A stretch of DNA of 63,668 bases, filler included, from Folioceros fuciformis (lineage: Eukaryota), in assembly GCA_049999805.1 (NCBI GenBank). It is 4 parts of 2 records of this genome, joined end to end, with 100 filler letters (N's around TTAATTAATTAA, not from the genome) between each part and the next. Parts side by side here need not be neighbours in the genome. Positions count along the whole stretch, not along the records: positions 1 to 16,456 come from JBNGIO010006314.1; 3 more parts are not named here. One strand, written 5' to 3'. Both the position numbers and the translations under genes were made by a program. Positions 1-11,704 of this stretch are shown here, one piece after another. Every line of letters starts with the position of its first letter. Position 1 is the first letter of the stretch. The notes below the pieces were generated by a model, which saw only the letters and a program-made list of their open reading frames with translations, searched no databases and was not told the DNA's origin.

Positions 1-1940
1 TAAATCTATTATGGTTTACCTACCCTTCTTAGAGTAGATTTTTCATCTTTTTATTTTTTATTTTTTATGAAATAAATAAATAATTGTGAAACAACTATTA
101 TGCTTTATTCTAAGAGTAGATTTTCTATCTTTTTTTATTTTTATAAAATTAATAATTGATTGTGAAACAACTCTCTCAAAGTCCAACCACTTGGCAAAGG
201 CCACAATCATGGTTATACCAAACATTTTTATTAAAAAAGGGATAGAACATCCTATCATCAAAAGGGTACAAGACCCTTCGACTATCTTTCTCAAAATTAT
301 CTATTGCCTCCAAAAATATCATGATGTAGACTAACAAAAGGTCTTCATGATGTAGACTAACAAAAGGTCTTCCTCGGTGACTTTAATTGTATACCTTTTG
401 CACATTTGAAAAGTCCTTGGCCATGGCCCTTGGGTCTCAAGAGCAAGAGGCATGAAAACATGCCCGTCTTGTAGAGTATTAAGAATAAGAGAGATGAAAA
501 TATTTTGCAACGGAGAATACTTATCTTATCGACTTTGGCACTTGCACAACGCTTGGGCCGCCCCATCTAGGAGGTTTAGGGTCTGTACTAGAAAGTGTAT
601 TCTAAATAACCATTCAATGTATACAAAACGATAAACTCTATAGGGCCAAGTTTAAGTGACAGGATAAGAGAGCGCCTAGTTACAAATATTAGCTCATAAA
701 CTGGCATTAGGTTAAAATAAGATATGTAGTACAACTTTTGAGGTAGAATAGTGGTTTAGTGGCAACAGGCTGGTAAGATGTACATCTATTAACATCCTAG
801 CTAATGATAAGATTGTCGATCTATCCCTTTGGACCCAAAAGAAGCCAAACATCTAACACAAGAAGAGCCTTCATGCGGACCCAATAGGAAGAGGTCATCT
901 TATTCTATAAGGACTTGATAAAAATAAGATGGTGGCACTCTCATGGACTACGTAGTCTTACACCAAGTCATGCAGTTAAGGGCTTGTATGCCAGTAATAG
1001 AACACTTATAAGTTAGGAGAAAACCATAGACATGCAGGATAGAGAGGAAAGAAAAGTGATAGATGACGTTCGGAGCATGGTTACAACGTGTTTTATAGTC
1101 ACCACATTAGGATTTTGACGCTCAGTGTGTTTGGTCTAGTCTAACTAGCTCAGACTTATGATCTAATGAGTCACGACTCGCGGAACCAGACTCTTCCTTC
1201 CGTATGTAGCCACCATGCACACACATTCCAAGGACTAGTGAAACGGTCGCGGCGGGCTACGAGTTCTATTAGCTCTGCATGGTGGTGCTAAGTGTATGGA
1301 GTTGCGTAGTTTTGGCAAGCTCATCGTGCGGAGTTGCCGTGCACCGGCAACGACCAGCAGAATCCGGAGGCGAGTGACGTGCGACTTCAACTTGCCTCCG
1401 CAACGCAATGGCGTGTGAAGATTGAAAGGCGGGGCGAAAGATTTCTGGTCCATTGTGTAGATACCGGACAATTCCGCGATCCAGTGAACAGCTGTTGCCA
1501 CGCCGTGAAAACTCGAACTGACACGGAGAGCCGCCACACGATGGATACGAGATATACCTCTGATTCCGATTCTTAGCATGTACATCCTTCAGCCTTGGCA
1601 TATGCCTTGTGGTTAACGAAGGGAACTGGGTGAAAGTTGAGATTGTAAAACGAAGTTTCGAGAGATTGGGTATAACAAAGTAGTGTCAGTCATGCCTATA
1701 TTGTGAGTTCCACTTGCTCAACAGTTTGTGCGTTCAAGTCTTGGATGCATGCTGTTCGCTGCTGTACCAAATTTTAGCCCATCGCACGGATTTGTCCGCC
1801 TAGAATAGTTCACGAGGCTGCTGTCCTGGGATGTTGCGGAAACGCTCTGCCCGCTCGCCCTGGTTGCCCAGTCTCTCACCTTCTTAAGAAGAATCAAACT
1901 GGCTGCAAATTGGACCAGCTCAAGTGCTCGTCGCTGAAAG

Positions 1941-4900
1941 ATGGAGCCCAGATTCCTCCACGCACTTACACTGACTGTACTTGCTGTGGCCGTCCTAAGG
2001 CTTGCTCCTACCTCCGATGCCGCCCGACAAGTCGCCCCATCCGCGGGAATTGGTCCCAGCGAAGGACGCTCCGGCAACGCCTCCTCCTCAATCGCAGCTA
2101 TTGGTAAGGCGAGGAAATGGACAGACGAGCAATTGGCTGGCCTCAATCTTCCGCCATTCAGAACCATAAACCGAAGGTCTTTGCTGAGCTGCGACGATCC
2201 CAACCCCTACCTTGCTATAAGCTTGGACACGGGAGGCCCGCTCAACGACGTGCAGGAGGTCTCTGTCACGGTGTCAGGAGTTCTTGACCCAAGCGACAAG
2301 GATTGGATTGCCATAATGTCGCCCTCAGATTCGAAGTGAGTTTGAATTCCAAGCCTCTATTGGTCAGGAGGAGTCTCTGTGAGACTGTGTCACTCTGGAG
2401 TTGGTGGGATGCATGTAGTTTGCACTGTGCTTTCCATACCTGACTCGGGGATCCCGACCAGCACCGGCCTCTGTCTGCAGAACAAGGCGCTGTACGTTGA
2501 AACAGGAGACCTCAGCAGTCTGCCTCTGCTTTGCCACTATCCTGTCAAGGTACGAGGCCACCATGCTGTGATGCCGGTCAAGGCGGTCCAAGTTCTTCGC
2601 TTACAGTTGCAATTATGGTCTCTCAGTTTTTGTACGTGAGTGCCGATCCCGACTATCTTAGCTGCGCGAACAGCCAGTGCCAGAAGTCCGTAGCCGGTGT
2701 CTGCATAGTGAAGACATGCAGTGGCACGGTCAAATTCAGGCTCATCAACATCCGCACCGACGTTGTGTTTGTCTTCTTCACTGGTGGGATGGATACTCCC
2801 TGCGTTCTCACTCAGTCCGACACACTTTCGTTTGGCAACCCCGCGTCTCCTCTGTATCCGCATCTCAGCAGCTTGGTTTCCTCGGGGACTAGGGTAACCT
2901 AGGCTGCTCTGTCCCTTGTTCCTGTCTCACTGGACCACGAGCTTCCGCCTGTGATTGTACTAAACACGCACTCGGTAGAAGTTGATTTGATCAAATGTGC
3001 GGCTGCAGATCACGGTGACATGGGTGAGTGGCAACGGTGATACTCAACAAGTTCGATGGAGTCAACAGCAGGCGTCTTCCTCCGTGGATTCATTCCGAGC
3101 CAGCGACATGTGTGGTCAGCAAATTTTATACCATAATCTCCTCTGCTGTTTGCTTCCATGCATGGTGGAGTCATACTTGGGGAGCACTTGTGTAGATGGG
3201 GTGCCCAATCCGGCAGCGGACTTCGGATGGCATGATCCTGGATATATCCACAGCGCAGTCATGTCAGGACTGTCACCTTCCACCTCCTACAGCTACTCTT
3301 TCGGCAGGTAACACTCTCTATACGCAGCTGCTCTTGCCGTTTGGGGAGAGCTGTGCCTCATCGATCCCTGAACCACGCTCGTTGATGCCACAGTGATGCA
3401 GCGGGATGGAGTCCAAGCATCAGCTTCCGAACCCCTCCTGCAGCTGGCAGTGGCAGTCTCAAATTCATAATTTATGGAGACATGGGCAAAACTGAGCAAG
3501 ACAACGGTTTGGAGCATTACATCCAAGTAAGATGGATGAAGATTGCCTGAAGGATAGGCAAGAGGATTTATTGCAGAAATGTTGAAAGCTAACGGCGCAG
3601 ATCGTTGACTTGTACAGCCAGGAGCGCTGGGAGTGATAAACGCAGTTGCTGAGAGAGTGGCAAACGATCAGGTGGATGTTGTTTTCCACATAGGGGACAT
3701 CAGTTATGCAACTGGATTCCTTGTAGAGTGGGATTCGTTTTTGGAGATGATCACCCCCGTGGCGTCTCATGTCTCCTACATGACCGCCATAGGCAATCAC
3801 GAACGGTAAAGGCGTGTGCAGCTCGGTAGTACCGTATTGACACTTCTCCGGGGACTGACTAAATCGTCATTCCCAAATGTGACAGCGACTTTCCAGATTC
3901 CGGATCCTACTACGGACTTCCAGATTCAGGTGGGGAATGTGGAGTTCCATACAACAAGTATTTCCCAATGCCTGTACAGGAGGCGGACAAGCCTTGGTAC
4001 TCGATTGAGTTTGGACCAGTGCATTTCACCGTGATGTCCACAGAGCACGAGTGGTCATCAGGATCCGAGCAAGTGGGTTTGAAACTCACGATTAACTCTG
4101 CTGCGGACTCTGACCAATAGGCGGTAATGACACACATTGTCTTTTTTCTGTCACAGTACAGCTGGATTCAGTCGGACCTTCATTCTGTTGATCGGACTCG
4201 CACACCATGGGTGATCTTTGCTGGGTAAGAGGTTTGACAGCAATTTTTTGTTTGCCCTTTTTCATGGTTGCCTGCTCATCTATGCGTCTGTAGACATCGA
4301 CCAATGTACTCTTCGGTGAAAGCCGGCTTGGCTTCAGCCCTGGCGCCTAGCGTTGACCCCGACTTTGTGGCGGCAGTCGAGCCCCTCCTTTATGATGCAC
4401 AAGTAACACTAGCAATAACCTAGCCCTGTTCTTGGTTGGCTTGTCCAGCTCCTGAAGCCGAAAATTGGGCAACTGCAGGTAGACGTGGTTTTCTGGGGCC
4501 ACGTGCACAACTTTGAAAGGACATGTTCCGTGTTCCAAGGAAACTGTGCTGTAGGGGATGAAACTGCTCCAATCCACGTTGTGGTCGGCATGGCAGGATT
4601 TCAGTTGGATGACTTTCAGGATGATGTGAGTAACTGGATCTCAGGAACTGGGTCAATGAACTGCAGGAGCCGAGCTGCACTAACCTGGTCGTTGTTATTG
4701 TTTTTTCTTTGGTCCCCAGACCCCCACTTGGAGCGTATTCAGGACGTCTCAATATGGATATGCTGAGATCTCCGTCGATTCTGTCACAGAAGGTTCACAG
4801 CTTACCTGCAACGTAAGTGGCTCCCACCACTCCCATGAACGAAGAGCGTGTTGCATGACAGTTTTGCCTAATCACCATATTCTGTCCTCGCAGTTTGTGA

Positions 4901-4953
4901 CGGCGTCAGATGGGAACGTGGTAGACTCGTTTGTGCTGGACAAACACCTGTGA
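1941..4953 (+). CDS. Purple acid phosphatase / nucleotide pyrophosphatase-phosphodiesterase-like (PAP1/24/27 group), multi-exon, with signal peptide
   Basis: Spliced translation gives TGDLSSLPLLCHYPVK, INIRTD and DFGWHDPGYIH, plus all five metal motifs: GDMG, GDISY, GNHE, FAGH(RPMY), GHVH. GT-AG introns; TGA at 4951-4953. Confidence 0.92.
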
Positions 4954-5146
4954 CGTACGTCGCTGCTTCCTATATAACGTTATGTATCGGTGTATATAGA
5001 TTGTAGAACTGTGCCATAGCTTCGATAAAGAGAAACTCCCGTCCATGACCGTATCTCCAAAATTGATAACTAGAGTCAGCAAGGCAGATAGAACCCACCC
5101 CTTTATTTTCCACTATGAAAAGAATGTTGTAATTTTACAAAAACTG

Positions 5147-8100
5147 TTAAGACCATATATCCCTCACATAGCGGCCTTGCTTTGTCATCTCGTTGAGATG
5201 AGCAATTGCCATACTTTCCTTAAGACCGCCATGCACCTGAAGTACCTGAAGAAGTGCTAAGTGAACATCCTTTGCCATGCTGGCTCCATCCCTGCAATCC
5301 AGAAGGACGATATCACGTTATTACGAAAAACTTCTTTTATCACCATTCAAACGTAGATCGATAAGACGTTTCTGACGATACCGCAACATACCCACAAATG
5401 TAGACGTGGCTGCGAGTGTTCAGTAGTACAGTGCACAACTCCTGACCATGCTCTTTCATCTTGTCCTGAACATACACCTGCAACACGTGCACAAAACACG
5501 TCACAAAGGGAGCAGTCAGCAATATCACTCAATGCCGCAAAATTCTACGGACGCCAGCTCACTTTCTTCTCTGACGCTCGAGAAAATGCCACTTCGAAAT
5601 AAGAAAGTGTCCCATCCTTGGCAAACTGCTCGAAGTCACTCTGGTATAGATNNNNNNNNNNNNNNNNNNNNNNNNNNNNNNNNNNNNNNNNNNNNNNNNN
5701 NNNNNNNNNNNNNNNNNNNNNNNNNNNNNNNNNNNNNNNNNNNNNNNNNNNAGATAGTCTTCTTCTGCCCTTCGACATCCAAAAAACAACCAAGAGTCGC
5801 CCACATCCGACTCTGGAGATACTTGCATGGCCTTGCGACGTTCCTGAAGAAATCCTCGAAAAGGAGCCACACCAGTGCCTGGCCCAATCATGATGATGGG
5901 TGCGCTTAAATCAGCAGGATGGTGAAACGCACCACCACTCTTGATGAAAATAGGTAGCTGAAGATCGGCCACATCTCCCCTTGTTTCCAGCTCCAACACC
6001 TTTTCCAACCAATTAGTGCAAACCCCCTTGAAGACTCTCCCTTCTTGCCTTTCGAACTTCACAACACTAAAAGCTATGTCGATGCTATCAGGGCTCTCCG
6101 CAGGTGAGCTGGAAACAGAATAATATCTAGAAACAAGAGGAGGTAGACTGTCAAACAGGTGATCAAGAGGTGGGTTACATGAAGGGAACTCGCCCAACAG
6201 GTCAACAACACTTGGCCGACCTTCCAGAATATCTTTGGCATAAAGCTCCCTTCCACCACGTGAGCACAGCAGAAGCAGCCTGGCCTTCTCTTCCGCATCT
6301 GATGTGTACTCAGCTAACATTCGGAGAAAACCTTTTGTAGGAACGCCTGTCAAACTACAGTTTTTCAGAAGAGCAGTTCTCACTGAACAAGGACATTTGA
6401 TGTGCGTACAGACTGCTCCAGCGCCATCCTCTATTCCTTGTAGTCTAAACAACTTGCTTCCATCAGTCCTTAATCTTACTAAAAGGTTATCCACCAGTTC
6501 CTCACTGTTCAAAGGCATTATCCCAATTGAGTCTCCTGGATGATATCTAATGCCACTTCCCTTGATGTTGACCGTCATGTGAATTACCTTTCGGTCAGAC
6601 CATTTTGGTGTCATGTATTTAGCTGAGCATACTGAGGCCAAAAATGGGGACGCCGGAGTGAAGTCCTGTTGATCTCCATGAACACCGTTCTCCACTGTCC
6701 CCAAGTCTGCCAGTTCACTCTCTTCCCAGACAATACGTGCACGGCATGGCTGCAACGCAGGCACACCAACTAGCTTGATTTCCTCGGTTGGTGGAGCAAC
6801 GGTAATAGATGCCTCAAACTCTGGGGCACTTCCGCCTTGCAAAGCAGCTGTCTGCATGGCTGCTTTCAAAGGTCCCCATAAACCGGCTGTCCACTTATCC
6901 ACAACATCTTCAAGCCTGCAAAAGTTTATTGCAGATATTCACTAAGGGTCATGCACATCATTCCAGGCGACTTCTACACAAAGACTGTTAACAAGAGAAC
7001 CGAGGTACATTAGAGAAGCCACGTAATTTACCCTTCAACTTCATCGGCCTCGCAACTTTTATAAAAGCAGTGAGCGCCAAGCTCAGAGAAGCGAGTATTG
7101 AAAGTTTTTGGCACCCCCATAAACTTGGTGTAATTCGAGTCCCCAAGTCCTGCAGAAACAGCAGTAACACAGAGAAATGGCAATGTTTGGCATGTGCGCA
7201 CAAAAGGCCTGGGATCTCCAAATTCCGGTGGGAAGTTTGGCAGCTCTCAAGGTCTGGTAATGATATATCGCGGACCGCGATAAAGGTGAATTCTTACCAC
7301 AGACAGAATACCATACGTTCCTCAGATAGTTACGCTCTGAAGCCTTCCTTATGTTTTGATAAAATCTGTCACAATTTTCAGGTGGATCTCCATCTCCAGT
7401 GCTAGACACCACAAGGACAACGACCTGAATAGTTGGAGAGCAGGCCAGTTTTGCCTAAAAATAAATATGAAGGGATGACTGTTATGTGGATTACACATCC
7501 AAATTGCTTGAATTCTGACTATGATCTTCACAGGAGCACACAAGGCTTGGGGCTCACAACAAAAGAACTGGAACTTGGCTTACCAGCGGAAAGTCATTCA
7601 TTGCGAACACACGCGACTTAATCCCCCTGCCAGGAGCTTCCGCAGCAATCCCTTTAGCAATCTCCATGGCATTGCCAGTTTGTGAACCATACAGGACTAA
7701 CAAATCCGACTGCCCTGTCACACCTGCAAGTAACTTAACATATGCCTTTGATGGACAGAGGGAGCTCATGAAAATCGCAGGCGAGCGAAAACTGAGAGAT
7801 CTAGCAGCTTAGATTCAGGAGAGCAATGATAACGAACCCGCTGGAGACGACCTTGCAGTTCTTGCTCTTAAAGCTGCAGCCATAGCTCTGGCGCCAGGAG
7901 AAGCAGACACGCTGTCTTTCAGCTTGGACAGATCGGGCCCTTTAGATTTGTCCTCGAAGTCGCTCACAGGAATTGATTGCTGATCAGAAGATTTTGTAGC
8001 TGGTTCCTGGGGACCTCCAAGCTTGGCCCCCGGAGTCGCGCCCGATCCAGGTGTGTCGTCTGCCAACAATTCTTCCTGACCACTTTTCTGCTCGATGAAT

Positions 8101-8507
8101 CCCACAGGTAGGATCCCCCCCTGCGCATCCCCACTTCCAGGAAAAGGGCCATTTTCTACATCCCCGTCCCCTCCACCATTTGCAGTCAAAACCCCTGCTC
8201 CGGTGGCACTCCCGGTGACGTCAGCCACCCGTTCCCCTACCAGAACAGCCCCCTGCATTTCTGATGCAGGGGGTCCCGCCTTCGGCACACCGGCCTCACG
8301 ATCCACGGAACTGCTCGGCTCCAAGTCTCCATCAGGCCCTTCTCTCGAAGGTGCCTCGGGTTTGGGTGCGTAAACCAGGACCGCAACGAATCCCAGAACA
8401 ACGGAGATCGACACGGGAGAAAAGAACAGCACAGGGAAGAAGAACAACAAGACGAGAAGCGGAACAGACAGCAGAACAAGAAAAACATGATTTCCCATCA
8501 GCCCCAT
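5147..8507 (-). CDS. MTRR: Methionine synthase reductase (diflavin FMN/FAD/NADPH reductase) with ~220-aa N-terminal extension
   Basis: In-frame exons give [114 protein letters not shown] and C-terminal RYVRDIWS*. These match MTRR better than CPR or NDOR1/ATR3. Exon 8507-7838 joins in frame through intron 7837-7724. Confidence 0.88.
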
Positions 8508-8964
8508 GGCAGCACAAACCGTCGTAAGTCAGCCAAGCCAGGCTCTGGAGCTACCAACATCCAGATTCCCGACCCCCATTCCTTTCCAACACAGAGCCAA
8601 TCTACAATTCTGAAGAGACAACAAGCGCTGTGGTACGAACGACTACAAAGGTCCGAACATTGGGTCCCTGCAGGGACCCAATTAGACCCAGAGAAAGGTT
8701 TGCCCACCACGAGACACAAAATCAGACGAACACAATAGACCTTGCTCGCCGATCAAAGCCAGGGATTTTTGAACGAACCGCAAAACTCCATGAAATAAAC
8801 TGCGCACAAAATTCGACAACAGCTGAACGAGATTCGAATACTATATTGCAACAAGTACTATCTTCATTTAAGAATGTCATTTACATTTGGTGTCATTAAA
8901 AACTATGCTATTCTCAAGTATTCAGAAGTGATATTATATCAAACAAACATGAATATTTTAGGGT

Positions 8965-9441
8965 TTACGGTTTAGAGGCTACATTATCATAATAAGGATT
9001 TAACGGCGATGTATCATATCGGATGTAACAATCATGCAATCCTATAGTTGCATGACGAGAACTTTTACAAATCTCAAAAACAAGGTTACAGGCAGTTTGA
9101 AGACAATATTCGCATTCAGCCATTTGAAGAAGATGAGAGCAACCACCGTCTGCATATACCGTGCGATAATCTTGGTATACACGATAATCAGGACTCACAT
9201 TTGTTGGCTCATCAAGAGGAGCAACGCTCGAGGCACTATATGAGTAGTCATGTGAAGGAGTCATTCTTACCACCTCCCGCATGGCCACTTGTGCAGCTTG
9301 TATGACAAAAATATTTCCATCGAGTCTATCTGAACTGCACCTTTGTAAAGTGACAGCTACGTTCATGGATTCTACATATGATATGAGAAAAGAAGTCCAT
9401 AGAACTAGTAGCCCACCCAACGAGATTTTGGAGTATACCAT
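8965..9441 (-). CDS. Secreted single-domain Gnk2/DUF26 (stress-antifungal) protein
   Basis: Hydrophobic signal peptide; C-X8-C-X2-C motif (CSHLLQMAECEYC) and DCYIRYD; intronless. Confidence 0.82.
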   Translation of the reverse strand: MVYSKISLGGLLVLWTSFLISYVESMNVAVTLQRCSSDRLDGNIFVIQAAQVAMREVVRMTPSHDYSYSASSVAPLDEPTNVSPDYRVYQDYRTVYADGGCSHLLQMAECEYCLQTACNLVFEICKSSRHATIGLHDCYIRYDTSPLNPYYDNVASKP

Positions 9442-11082
9442 TTTTAGTACTATGAAGTAGAATCAATATCTACTAAAACATTGAAGATCCTTGGTTCCAA
9501 CTAACAACACCATCACTTACTTCACACTCAAAGAATGAGACGGAGATGAAGAAAAGATAATGAGTAGATCTAAGAATCAAACTTTCATGAACAACAAGAG
9601 AAGCACATATATGAGATTGATGAGATTGAGGTGTGGTTAATCAATCAATCGTTGCATATGGATTGTATTATAGCAGCAGGAGATTAATACATGTGAAAAA
9701 TTCTTTGATCCATCTAAATTATGCTTGCAAGAAGCATATCCAAAAAATATACAATGGATATGACAGTCTCCACAGTTTTGGCAATCCTACAACATTAGGA
9801 GGTTTATGCTCATGAAATATTCACAACAAAATTCTGGTTGATCAACGTAAGCTTGTCTCAGTTGACCAGCATACGTATGCTTTTATATTTTATGTATATT
9901 ATTATTATTATTAACACTATTTATCTTTTTAAGTTGAATCTAAGTAATCATATAATATAATAAATTATATAAATAATAAATATCAATAGCTTTTTTGGTC
10001 AACCATAATCATTATATGTTATAGTAGCATCTAAAGGTGGCTTATGTTCTGAAAACTTCTGTCTCACAAGTAATGTCATAAAGGGTAATGGTATGGAAGC
10101 AGTTGTACAATGAACCTACCCACTATAAGATAGTTCTAGAAGATCTTGATGTAATACCTATTTCAATAAAGATAATATGCCATGATTGTGTATTGTATTT
10201 AGAGATTTTTTTTAATTTTAATTATATTTTTATTATATAAAATAAATATATCCACCAATAACACATCCTATTTTTCAGTGACCATGTAAGCCATGTAAAC
10301 GACATGGGATGCATCACTGTAAAGACCTATCCATTATTTTCTACAATTGAAAAAGAGATAGGAAAGTCCTATCTACTCTAAAGATAAGAGGAATGACCTG
10401 AGCAGCGCCAAATGTCAAAAGGGTTTTGGTCTATTTGGTGCTAAAGGAGCCATTTGATCACTATACACATTTTATCCCCATCTTTGTTGAGACTTTGCTA
10501 TGTTCTCTAATAAGGCATATTAGAGGCACATGAGAAGGGTTCCATTTTTAGAATAGAGTGTTCTTTAGCTTAAAAATTTAAGATCAAAGTATGCAATCAA
10601 ACATATTAAGATAAAGCATATATAAAAAAAATTTCTTATAGCTTTAGAATAGAAATAATTCTAATTATATAAGGTTTAAGGTATATGTCTCAATAACCGA
10701 GTCCTTAACAAGTCTACCCAAGTCAATAGGGTAGTAAGACTAAACCTAGAGTGTTGAAATTTATTATGTGATAGAAGGTGTTGGCATATCTCTATCTCTC
10801 CTTCATCAAGCTGTCAATGTAATATATACTTTGTAGATCATTATATATTTAAATTTCTAAACTAACAAAGCTGATAGTGAAACTAAGCTTATGAGATAAA
10901 ACTATTTCAAGTGCAATGTACTATGGCATCTGCTCTTTTAGTAAAGTCTACTTATTAGTCCATCGCGTTATGGGTGGATTGCGGGTTAGGTGGGTTCACT
11001 GTGCGATCCCACATGAGACGATGCTCTTCGTGTGAGTGCACTCATTCAATAAGTGAGATAATTGCTTCTGCACTACTATTGA

Positions 11083-11529
11083 TCAAGGGGTAAGTTCTGT
11101 CAGGCAATTGTCGAACATGGTGGCGTCGAGGCGGAGACAGCAGTCAGTACCGGCAGAAGCTCGACCCCATCGGACGCTGCTGCACTGCGACCCGAGCTGC
11201 TTGGACACACGGTTCAGACAGGATGTGCAAGCTGCTTGGCTCAAGGTGTCACTGCAGGCGCCGCCTGCGTATGCTACCGGTCCCGCGTCGATGAAGACGG
11301 AAACCCCATAGTGGTAGCCATTGTAGGCCGTCTGCGCAACCACGTCATCTACCGCCACGCCGGTGGTGAAATCGACCAGCGGGCCTGATCTGCCGGTGGA
11401 TTCTCCGCACCTCACACTCACATCTGCTCCATCAACAGCATTAAGAACCAGGCTCGCGAGAAAGACGAGGAAAATGTACTTCGAAAGCGCTCCTGCTGTG
11501 TTAGATGTGGAAGTGACAGTGGCCATCAT
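11083..11529 (-). CDS. Secreted single-domain Gnk2/DUF26 (ginkbilobin-2-like) protein
   Basis: Signal peptide; TAYNGYHY, GPVAY, C-X8-C-X2-C (CSDTLSQAACTSC) and DCCLRLD. Confidence 0.85.
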   Translation of the reverse strand: MMATVTSTSNTAGALSKYIFLVFLASLVLNAVDGADVSVRCGESTGRSGPLVDFTTGVAVDDVVAQTAYNGYHYGVSVFIDAGPVAYAGGACSDTLSQAACTSCLNRVSKQLGSQCSSVRWGRASAGTDCCLRLDATMFDNCLTELTP

Positions 11530-11704
11530 CCGCTGCTGTCAGTGCTACCAATAATACGAGGCCTTCAGGGAGGGTGCGCGAAAAGGACTCGGATCGGATC
11601 TGGCCGCTCACCTTGCACGGTATAAGAGAATCGCGATTTAGGAAAAGTTGATGTTTGGAGCATCACTGACGTGCTACGATGCGTTTAGGGTTGAGGTCAT
11701 GGAA

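Noticed and set aside
318-372. 26-bp direct duplication in the AT-rich first kilobase
   Set aside because: Simple slippage in an unclassifiable repeat remnant.
1235-1601. GC-richer island with several short ORFs
   Set aside because: No recognisable domain or splice structure.
5147-7723. Cytochrome P450 reductase or NDOR1/ATR3 assignment
   Set aside because: The hinge, connecting-domain and C-terminal motifs match MTRR better as recalled; phylogeny is still needed to confirm.
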